From an uncultured Alphaproteobacteria bacterium (GTDB lineage Bacteria; Pseudomonadota; Alphaproteobacteria; HIMB59; GCA-002718135): DNA of 64,000 nt. A program made the position numbers and the translations under genes. The notes under the pieces are model-generated. The model had not been told where the DNA came from, searched no databases, and was given only the letters and a program-made list of their open reading frames with translations. The stretch is from NCBI GenBank assembly GCA_902596065.1, contig CACJSL010000002.1, forward strand, positions 12,794 to 76,793, given 5' to 3'. Position 1 is the first letter of the stretch, and each line of letters opens with the position of its first letter. Positions 36,277-44,368 of the stretch are shown piece by piece.

Positions 36277-37739
36277 AAAAATTTGATGTAATAATAATTG
36301 GAGGTGGACATAATGGTTTAGTTGCATCTTCATATCTAGCCAAAAAAGGTAAAAAAGTTTTGGTAATTGAAAAAAATGAACATGTTGGAGGATTAGCGGA
36401 ATATGCAAATTCACTGAGTTGTATTTCTCCTATCATTAAAAAAGAATTAAATATCAATATTCCTAATATTAAAGATACAGATTACATTATATCTCTTGAA
36501 GATAATCAAAATCATACAATCTTAGAGGATAAAAACGGTAAGCTATCTTTTGTAAAAACGAATGCTGATGAAGATGATCAGAAAACATTTTTATCAATTA
36601 TTAATAACTACAAATTATTTTCAAAAACTCTTGGATCTTTTATGCATCAAAAACCCCCAAGAGTTAAATCAGGAAAAAGGTCAGACTTATTTCAATTAAT
36701 GTCCATGGGATGGAAAATTAGAAAATTAGGTAAAAAAAATATGCGAGAGCTATTAAGAGTAATTGGTTTAAATATTGCTGATGATTTAGAGGATAATTTA
36801 AATAACGATAACTTAAAGGGTTTATTGTCCCATGAATCAGTTTTAGGCTCAAACTTGGGTCCTAGATCTCCTGGCTCAATATTGACTTTACTTTATAAGC
36901 AAGCAATCAATGATAATATTTTTAATTTGAAGAAGATAGAAGTTACAAACTATATTAATCAATTAGAAGATTGTTGTAAAAAAAATACAGTAGAAATAAT
37001 TAAATCCTCTGAAGTTAGAAAAATAGTAACTAAAAACAACTCTGTTACTGGTATTCAATTAAATAATAATGAGGTTATAGAATCAGCATGCGTTATGTCT
37101 AATGCTGACCCCAAAACAACTTACTTAAATTTATTAGGCGCAGAAATATTAGATACTGATTTTATTAGAAGAATTAAAAATTTTAGAAACAAGGGAAATG
37201 TTGCTAAACTTGAATTAGTTTTAGAAAATGAGATTAATATTAAAAATATTGATAAGAAAATGTATGGAAAATTTATTTACGCCCCAAATATAAAATACAT
37301 AGAACATGCATTTAATGCCAATAAGTATAATCATTATTCTAAAAATCCATGTTTGGAATTTTATGTTAATGATAACACTTTGTCAGCAAACATTTACTAT
37401 GTTCCATATTTAATTAATGCTAGTCATCAAGAAAATGAAATAATTGAAAAGTGTGTTGCTGTTTTAAGTAAATTTATTCCAGATATGAATATAAGAAAAC
37501 AAGAACTTATTACTCCAAATCAAATGGAGGAAAAATATAATATATCTGGTGGTCATTGGCATCATGGTGATTTAGAAATAGATCAATTACTAATGATGAG
37601 ACCTTTTTATGGATCTTCTCAATATTCAACTCCTGTTAACGGTTTATATTTATGCAGTGCTGGCACTCATCCTGGAGGAGGTTTAACTGGTATCAACGGT
37701 CTTAATGCAGCAAAAAAAATAGTAGAGGACTTAAAATAA
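36273..37739 (+). CDS. CrtI/phytoene-desaturase-family FAD-dependent oxidoreductase, paralogue 2
   Basis: 488 aa with FDVIIIGGGHNGLVASSYLAKKGKKVLVIEKNEHVGG and LYLCSAGTHPGGGLTGINGLNAA. Its ATG overlaps the upstream stop (ATGA). Confidence 0.75.
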   Translation: MKKFDVIIIGGGHNGLVASSYLAKKGKKVLVIEKNEHVGGLAEYANSLSCISPIIKKELNINIPNIKDTDYIISLEDNQNHTILEDKNGKLSFVKTNADEDDQKTFLSIINNYKLFSKTLGSFMHQKPPRVKSGKRSDLFQLMSMGWKIRKLGKKNMRELLRVIGLNIADDLEDNLNNDNLKGLLSHESVLGSNLGPRSPGSILTLLYKQAINDNIFNLKKIEVTNYINQLEDCCKKNTVEIIKSSEVRKIVTKNNSVTGIQLNNNEVIESACVMSNADPKTTYLNLLGAEILDTDFIRRIKNFRNKGNVAKLELVLENEINIKNIDKKMYGKFIYAPNIKYIEHAFNANKYNHYSKNPCLEFYVNDNTLSANIYYVPYLINASHQENEIIEKCVAVLSKFIPDMNIRKQELITPNQMEEKYNISGGHWHHGDLEIDQLLMMRPFYGSSQYSTPVNGLYLCSAGTHPGGGLTGINGLNAAKKIVEDLK

Positions 37740-38941
37740 TGAATAAAGAAAAAATTTCATATAAAAAACCTCTATTAGAAACACCTTTTCATAAAAGAAC
37801 ATCTGAGCATTGTTATGCAAATGATTGGTATAGATGGGCTGGTTACAAAGTTGCCAAAGAATACTCCTCAACTGAACTTGAATATACTTCAATGAGAAAC
37901 ACTGCAGGAGTAATAGATATAACTCCAATGCATAAATATGAAATTAAAGGTAAAGATGCAAAAAAATTTATTAATAAATTAATTACAAAAAATATTACTA
38001 ATATTCAATCTAATCAAGTAGCCTACGGCATATGGTGCAATGAAGATGGAATGGTGATTGATGATGGAACAATATTTTGCTTAAACGAAAATCATTATAG
38101 AATTTTTTGCGCTGAGAGAAATCTTAATTGGTTTTGTGATACAGCTACTGGATTTAATGTAACTATTGAAGATATAAGCTCATCAATTGCTGCTTTAGCT
38201 TTTCAAGGTCCTTTATCTTGTAAAATTTTAAATCTTTTAAAAGTAGAAAATATAGAAAACCTTAAACCTTTTCATTTTGATAATTACAAACTTGAAAATC
38301 AAAATGTCACAATTTCAAGAACAGGCTTTTCTGGAGATTTAGGTTATGAAATATGGTGTGACCCTTCTCAGGCTATCGATGTATGGGACAGCTTATTTAA
38401 GTTTAACAGAGATTATAAAGTACTTGCTGCTGGAATGAACTCACTTGAGATGGTGAGAATTGAAGCAGGATTTATCCAACCAAATGCAGATTTTATGTCT
38501 GCAGAACAGGCTTTAAGACCAAATAGAATGAGAAACCCATATGAATTAGGTTTAGGTTGGTTAGTAAATCTAGATAAAGAGTATTTTACTGGGAAACAGG
38601 CTTTAATTAGACACAAAGAAAAGGGGCCTGAAAAAAAACTTGTAGGATTGGATGTTGAGGGAGATAAGCCTGCTGTGGGATCTGTCCTCTATGATAATAG
38701 TAAGAAAAATATAGCCAAAGAAATTGGTATAGTGACAGCAGCAATGTGGTCCCCTGTTCTTAAATCTAATATTGCAATTGGATTTGTTAACAAAGAATAT
38801 TATAAGTTAGGATCTAATGTTTATGCTGAAATTTACCATCCAGAAGAATTGGATTATAGAAAAATTTGGGCTGAATGCAAAGTGGTAAAAAAGCAATTTT
38901 TTAACAATCCAAGAAGGAATGCTATTCCTGCATTTATATAG
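37739..38941 (+). CDS. GcvT-family aminomethyltransferase-like folate-binding protein
   Basis: 400 aa. TPFHKRT, AGVIDITPMHKYEIKGKDA, LAFQGP, ISRTGFSGDLGYEIW and LRIEAGF are typical GcvT/DmdA-family blocks. Its ATG overlaps the upstream stop (TAATG). Confidence 0.85.
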   Translation: MNKEKISYKKPLLETPFHKRTSEHCYANDWYRWAGYKVAKEYSSTELEYTSMRNTAGVIDITPMHKYEIKGKDAKKFINKLITKNITNIQSNQVAYGIWCNEDGMVIDDGTIFCLNENHYRIFCAERNLNWFCDTATGFNVTIEDISSSIAALAFQGPLSCKILNLLKVENIENLKPFHFDNYKLENQNVTISRTGFSGDLGYEIWCDPSQAIDVWDSLFKFNRDYKVLAAGMNSLEMVRIEAGFIQPNADFMSAEQALRPNRMRNPYELGLGWLVNLDKEYFTGKQALIRHKEKGPEKKLVGLDVEGDKPAVGSVLYDNSKKNIAKEIGIVTAAMWSPVLKSNIAIGFVNKEYYKLGSNVYAEIYHPEELDYRKIWAECKVVKKQFFNNPRRNAIPAFI

Positions 38942-38953
38942 GATAGATATTAT

Positions 38954-40105
38954 ATGGAATTTAATCTTTCAGAAGAACAGAATCTTTTAATTGATACTAC
39001 TAAATCATTCGTAAAAGCAGAATTATTGCAACATGAAGAACTATTAGAAAAAACAAATAATTTACCAAAAGAATTATATGATGAAATTAAGAAAAAAAGT
39101 ATTGAAGCAGGCTTATATGCTTGCAATATGCCAACTGAACATGGTGGTGGTGGCTTAAATGCTTTTGATTTAACCTTGGTTGAAAAACATCTAGGATTTG
39201 CATCACTTGCTTTAGCAGAAATTGCTTGGAGACCACAAAATATCTTAATGGCCTGCGAAGGTGAACTAGTAGATGAATACTTAAAACCGGCTATTACTGG
39301 AGAGAGAAAAGATTGTATTGCTATGACTGAACCTGGCGCTGGTTCAGATTTAAGAGGTATGAAAACGAAAGCAGTTAAAGATAGAAATGATTGGATTATT
39401 AATGGAACAAAACATTTTATATCTAATGCTCACATCTCTGACTTTGTTGTTCTTTTTGCTTCAACAGGTGAAGATGATAAAGGTAGAAATTCACTTTCTT
39501 GTTTTTTAGTTGATTTAAAACAAAAAGGAGTTGAAGTTGCTAAAGGATATGACTGTGTCTCTCACAGAGGATATGTAAATAATATTATACATTTTAATGA
39601 TTGTAGAATTCCTGGAAAAAATATTCTTGGAGAAAAAGATAAGGGTTTTGAATTAATGAATGTTTGGTTGGAAGCTACTAGATTAACTGTTGCGGCTACA
39701 TCGGTATCTAGAGCAGAAAGAGCTTTTGATATCGCTTTGGATTGGTCAGCTAATAGAAAACAATTTGGAAAAGTCATTGGAAAATTTCAAGGTGTTTCAT
39801 TTAAACTAGCTGATATGGCTACAGAAATTAAATTAGCAAATTTAATGTTAATGGAATCAGCTTGGAAGATTGATCAAAAAACATTAACTTCCCAAGATGC
39901 TGCAATGACAAAATTATTTTGCACTGAAATGTTAAGCAGAGTTTCAGATGAAGCAATTCAAATTTGTGGTGGAATGGGATTAATGGCAGATATACCTCTT
40001 GAAAGAATATGGCGTGATGCAAGAATAGAAAGAATTTGGGAAGGGACAAGTGAAATTCAACGGCATATTATTTCACGTTCTTTATTAAGACCCCTTGGAG
40101 CATAA
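38954..40105 (+). CDS. Acyl-CoA dehydrogenase
   Basis: 383 aa with EFNLSEEQ, CIAMTEPGAGSDL, QFGKVIGKFQGV, ICGGMGL and RIERIWEGTSEIQR. Confidence 0.9.
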   Translation: MEFNLSEEQNLLIDTTKSFVKAELLQHEELLEKTNNLPKELYDEIKKKSIEAGLYACNMPTEHGGGGLNAFDLTLVEKHLGFASLALAEIAWRPQNILMACEGELVDEYLKPAITGERKDCIAMTEPGAGSDLRGMKTKAVKDRNDWIINGTKHFISNAHISDFVVLFASTGEDDKGRNSLSCFLVDLKQKGVEVAKGYDCVSHRGYVNNIIHFNDCRIPGKNILGEKDKGFELMNVWLEATRLTVAATSVSRAERAFDIALDWSANRKQFGKVIGKFQGVSFKLADMATEIKLANLMLMESAWKIDQKTLTSQDAAMTKLFCTEMLSRVSDEAIQICGGMGLMADIPLERIWRDARIERIWEGTSEIQRHIISRSLLRPLGA

Positions 40106-40108
40106 TCT

Positions 40109-42145
40109 TTGAACTTAAAAAAACTTTTTAGACCAAAAAGCTTGGCTATAATAGGAGGCTATTGGGCAGACTTTGTTTATGATGGTAACAAAACTATTGG
40201 TTATAAAGGTAAAGTTTGGCATATAAATCCTTCACGAAAAAGCACCAAAAGAAAAAAATATTATAAAAATATTAAAGATCTACCAGAAATACCTGATTGT
40301 GTTTATCTTGCCGTTTCAAGAGATCAAACTGTAAAATTAATTAAAGATATATCTAATATGGGTGTTGGAGGAACAGTTTGCCTGGCTTCAAGATTTTCTG
40401 AACTTAATTCAAAAGAAGGAAAAGATAAAACTAATGAACTTATAAAAAACTCTGGTAAGATGCCTTTTCTGGGACCAAATTGTTATGGATTTATCAATTA
40501 TTTAGATAAAATTTCTGTATGGTCAGATCAAGTTTCTGGGAAACCAACAAAAAAAGGTGTTGCTATTATATGTCAGAGCGGAACAATTGGTAATACTATT
40601 AGTTTTAACAATAGATCTTTGCCTATTGGCTACATAATTTCTTTAGGTAATCAATCAAAAATAACCATTGAAGATGCAATTAATTATGCCCTTGATGATA
40701 ACAGAGTAACCGCCATTGGTATTTACGCCGAAAGTTTTACTAATACTGCAAAATTAATTAAAGTATTTAAAAAATCTAAGTTAAAGAACATACCTATAGC
40801 TATAGTCAAAGTAGGCAGATCTAAAATTGCATCTAAAACAATTCTAACACATACTGGCTCTCTTAGTGGGAAAGAAGATATTTATGATTCTTTGTTTCAA
40901 AGAATGGGGGTAGCAAAATGCAATACATTAGGCGAATTATGTGAAATTTTAAAATTATTTCATACACATGGAGTTTTAAAAGATGATCAAATTTCAATAA
41001 TGGGACCATCTGGAGGAGATATGGCTATGATAGGAGATGTGGCAGAATCTTTATCATTAAAATTTGGCAAAATACCTCCAAAAATAAAAAATGATTTAAA
41101 AAAAGTTAATCACCCAAGCGTGATAATATCAAATCCTTTTGATTTACAAACATACAATTGGAATGATCCTGAGAATCTAGAAAAAACATTTAAATTAATA
41201 TTCAAAACAAATTTTGCTTTAAATGCACTGATGTTAGATCTTCCAAATGTAGAAGATTGTGATACTGAAGAGTGGGATGCAATAGTTGATAAATTTATAA
41301 AATCTTCAAAAATAAAAAAAAATGGAGCAATTATTTCTTCACTTTCAGATACTCTTCCAAAATATTTAAGAGAAAAATGTCTAAAGTATAACGTTGTTCC
41401 TCTTCAAGGCATGTCAGAAAGCTTATTAGCTATAAGTAATTCAATAAAAATTGGCAAAGTATGGAAGAATTTTGCTGGTATAAAAATTCCTGAGAAAATA
41501 CCAAATCTTAAAAAGAAAATAAAAACATATTCAGAATATGAATCAAAGTTAATTTTAAAGAAAAACAAAATACCTATTCCAAAATCCTTAGTTACAAATA
41601 AAAAGAATATATTGCGTGATTCTAAAAAAATTGGATTTCCTTTAGTGGCAAAAATAAATTCAAATACAGTTTTTCATAAAACTGAAATTGGAGGTGTTGT
41701 AACAAATATTAATAGTGAAAAAGAATTAAAGAAAAAAACAAATAAATTTACTGGTAATATCTTAATTGAAAAAATGATAACTGATAATGTCTTTGAAATG
41801 ATTATAGGAATAAAAAACGATAATGAATTTGGTCCTACTATAATTTTAGGAGCTGGAGGAATTTATACTGAATTATTTAAAGATACAACCACCCTACTCT
41901 TACCTTTAACTAAAAGAATGATTATGGAAGAGATAAAAAAACTAAAATTTAGTAAAATATTATTTGGTTTTAGAGGAAAAAATAGTGGTGATTTAGATGC
42001 TTTAGTTTGTTCAATATTAAAAATTGCTAAATTTGCTGAAAATAATTATGATAAAATTTCAGAAGTTGATATAAATCCATTAATAGTTTGTAAAAAAGGC
42101 AAAGGGGTGTTTGCTGTAGATGCATTAATACATTATTTTAAATAA
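40109..42145 (+). CDS. ADP(NDP)-forming acyl-CoA synthetase, fused alpha/beta (CoA-binding + ligase-CoA + ATP-grasp domains)
   Basis: 678 aa. N-terminal LFRPKSLAIIGG CoA-binding fold, GPNCYGFIN, and a C-terminal ATP-grasp (E.ESK.IL....IPIP..., GFPLVAKI). TTG start 3 nt after the ACAD stop. Confidence 0.8.
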   Translation: MNLKKLFRPKSLAIIGGYWADFVYDGNKTIGYKGKVWHINPSRKSTKRKKYYKNIKDLPEIPDCVYLAVSRDQTVKLIKDISNMGVGGTVCLASRFSELNSKEGKDKTNELIKNSGKMPFLGPNCYGFINYLDKISVWSDQVSGKPTKKGVAIICQSGTIGNTISFNNRSLPIGYIISLGNQSKITIEDAINYALDDNRVTAIGIYAESFTNTAKLIKVFKKSKLKNIPIAIVKVGRSKIASKTILTHTGSLSGKEDIYDSLFQRMGVAKCNTLGELCEILKLFHTHGVLKDDQISIMGPSGGDMAMIGDVAESLSLKFGKIPPKIKNDLKKVNHPSVIISNPFDLQTYNWNDPENLEKTFKLIFKTNFALNALMLDLPNVEDCDTEEWDAIVDKFIKSSKIKKNGAIISSLSDTLPKYLREKCLKYNVVPLQGMSESLLAISNSIKIGKVWKNFAGIKIPEKIPNLKKKIKTYSEYESKLILKKNKIPIPKSLVTNKKNILRDSKKIGFPLVAKINSNTVFHKTEIGGVVTNINSEKELKKKTNKFTGNILIEKMITDNVFEMIIGIKNDNEFGPTIILGAGGIYTELFKDTTTLLLPLTKRMIMEEIKKLKFSKILFGFRGKNSGDLDALVCSILKIAKFAENNYDKISEVDINPLIVCKKGKGVFAVDALIHYFK

Positions 42146-42149
42146 TTAT

Positions 42150-42926
42150 ATGAATAAACCTATAAAAACTAAAATTGAAGGATCAATATTAGAAGTAACA
42201 ATTGATCGTCCAAAAGCGAACGCTATAGACTCTAAAACTAGCATAATATTAGGAGATATTTTTGCTGATTTTAGAGATAATCCTAAACTTAAAGTTGCTA
42301 TAATAACTGGAGGTGGTGAAAAATTTTTTTCTGCTGGATGGGATCTTAAAGCTGTAAATGAAGGAGAAGCTGCTGATGCAGATTATGGCGTAGGTGGATT
42401 TGGAGGATTGCAAGAATTACCAAATATGAATAAACCTATTATTTCTGCTGTTAATGGTATTGCGTGTGGAGGTGGTTTTGAAATCATGATTTCAGCAGAT
42501 ATTATTATTGCTGCAGATCACGCTACTTTTGCTTTACCTGAAATTAATGTTGGTGTCATAGCTGATGCGGCAACTATAAAACTAAGAAGAAGAATTCCCT
42601 ATCATGTAGCTGTCGAATTTTTAATGACAGGTAGGTGGATGGATGTCAAAGAAGCAAAGCACTGGGGTTTAGTTAATGAAATAGTTGATAAAAAAGATTT
42701 ATTAAAAAGATCCTGGGAAATTGCTGATAAAATTTCAAAAGGGCCTAATTTAATATATTCATCAATCAAAGAAGTTTTAAGAGAAACAGAAAATGAAAAG
42801 GAGATACCTTCTTTTGATATTCTTCGATCCTTAGAAACTGTAAAGAAAGTTTATGGAAGTGAAGACTTAAAAGAAGGTGCCTCTTCTTTTGTAAAAAAAA
42901 CTGATCCAAATTGGAAAGATAAATAG
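42150..42926 (+). CDS. Crotonase-superfamily hydratase, CaiD (carnitinyl-CoA dehydratase)-like
   Basis: 258 aa. The blocks [52 protein letters not shown] and [12 protein letters not shown] closely track the E. coli CaiD sequence as I recall it ([53 protein letters not shown]). Confidence 0.8.
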   Translation: [258 protein letters not shown]

Positions 42927-42947
42927 TTAACAATTTTAATTATTTCA

Positions 42948-42968
42948 TTGAATGCTCATTCAGTGAAT
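42948..42968. promoter_or_regulatory. Operator/promoter palindrome copy c: TTGAAT-gctc-ATTCAg, plus a third half-site (ATTCA-g-TGAAT)
   Basis: It lies in the 56-bp gap between the crotonase stop (42926) and the aminotransferase ATG (42983). The 16-bp core 42948-42963 ends 19 nt before the ATG. An overlapping second palindrome spans 42958-42968. Confidence 0.5.
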
Positions 42969-42982
42969 GATAAAACTACTTA

Positions 42983-44359
42983 ATGAAAAACGATTATATT
43001 AGTGAAATTCATAAAAAAGATAGATTAGTTCTTCATCCTTATGAAGATACAAATACAAGAGGAACATATAACCGTAAACTAATTACAAAATCAGATAATA
43101 TTTATTTATATGATGAAAATGGGACTGAATATATTGATGGTCCTGGAGGAATGTGGTGTAATAATATTGGCCACGGCAATAAGGAAATTGGAGAAGCCGT
43201 AAAAAAACAACTTGAAAAATTAGAATATTGTAGTCCTTTTTCAGAATCTACTGAAATATCAGCTGAATTAGCTTCGGTTTTATCAGAGTTATCTCCCGGT
43301 GATCTGAATACAGTTTTTTTTACCACCGATGGATCAACTGCAAATGATACTGCTTTAAGATTTATAATGTTTTATAATAATATGCTAGGTCGTCCTAATA
43401 AAAAACATATCATTACAAGAAATAAAGCTTATCACGGCAGTACCTATTTAACAGGATCAATAACTGGGAAAGATAGAGAAAAAAATAATTTTGATTTTGA
43501 AAAAGATTTTATACATCATTTAAGTGCTCCTTTAGAGTATAGAAGAAAAGATAATCAAACTGTGGAAGAGTTTTGTGATGATCTAGTGAAAGAATTTGAA
43601 AATAAAATTCTTGAGCTTGGTTCTGAAAATGTCGCTGCTTTTATAGCAGAACCTATTATGGCATCTGGAGGATGTATTGTTCCACCAGAGGGTTATTTAA
43701 AAAGAATTTGGGAAATTTGTAAAAAAAATGATGTACTTTTTATATCTGATGAAGTTGTTACTGGCTTTGGAAGAATAGGTCATTTTTTTGCTTCAGAAAA
43801 AGTATTTGGAGTAACACCTGACATTATAACTTGTGCTAAAGGTATCACTTCAGGATATATGCCTTTGGGTGCTGTTTTATTTTCAGATAAATTGCTTAAT
43901 GATCTTAAAAATGATTCTGCTCTTTTTTTTCATGGATATACATATTCTGGTCACCCCGCTTGTTGTGCAGCAGCATTAAAGAATATAGAAATTATTAAAA
44001 GAGATAAAATTCTTGAACATGTTCAAAATATAGAACCTTACTTTCATCAACAATTAAAAAAATTATACGATTTACCAATTGTAGGAGATATAAGAGGCAA
44101 AGGACTTATGGCTGGAATAGAATGCGTGATTAATAAAGACAGTAAAGAGGCTCTAGTATTAGATAAAGCTATAGGTTCTAGAATTGATGAAGAGTCATTA
44201 AAATTGGGATTAATAATTCGTCCACTTTATCATATATGTGTTTTATCTCCTGCTTTAATTATTTCAAAAAATCAAATTGATACACTTGTAGATAAATTAT
44301 ATTTAGCAATTAAAAATACAATAACACAATTAGAAGTAGAGGGCTTATGGAAAGGTTAA
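42983..44359 (+). CDS. Class III (omega) pyridoxal-phosphate aminotransferase
   Basis: 458 aa with AYHGSTY, FIAEPIMASGG, LFISDEVVTGFGRIGHFF and TCAKGITSGYMPLG (PLP-binding Lys). Confidence 0.9.
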   Translation: MKNDYISEIHKKDRLVLHPYEDTNTRGTYNRKLITKSDNIYLYDENGTEYIDGPGGMWCNNIGHGNKEIGEAVKKQLEKLEYCSPFSESTEISAELASVLSELSPGDLNTVFFTTDGSTANDTALRFIMFYNNMLGRPNKKHIITRNKAYHGSTYLTGSITGKDREKNNFDFEKDFIHHLSAPLEYRRKDNQTVEEFCDDLVKEFENKILELGSENVAAFIAEPIMASGGCIVPPEGYLKRIWEICKKNDVLFISDEVVTGFGRIGHFFASEKVFGVTPDIITCAKGITSGYMPLGAVLFSDKLLNDLKNDSALFFHGYTYSGHPACCAAALKNIEIIKRDKILEHVQNIEPYFHQQLKKLYDLPIVGDIRGKGLMAGIECVINKDSKEALVLDKAIGSRIDEESLKLGLIIRPLYHICVLSPALIISKNQIDTLVDKLYLAIKNTITQLEVEGLWKG

Positions 44360-44368
44360 AACTTCTTA

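Noticed and set aside
37700-37760. Glycine riboswitch ahead of the GcvT-like gene
   Set aside because: The gene start overlaps the upstream stop (TAATG), so there is no leader at all.
37739-38941. Calling the GcvT-like protein DmdA (DMSP demethylase)
   Set aside because: It shares only general GcvT-family blocks with the Pelagibacter DmdA sequence as I remember it. It is longer (400 aa) and sits in a different context, coupled to two flavoproteins. The demethylase / CoA-ligase / ACAD / crotonase analogy to dmdABCD is noted, but identity is not supported.
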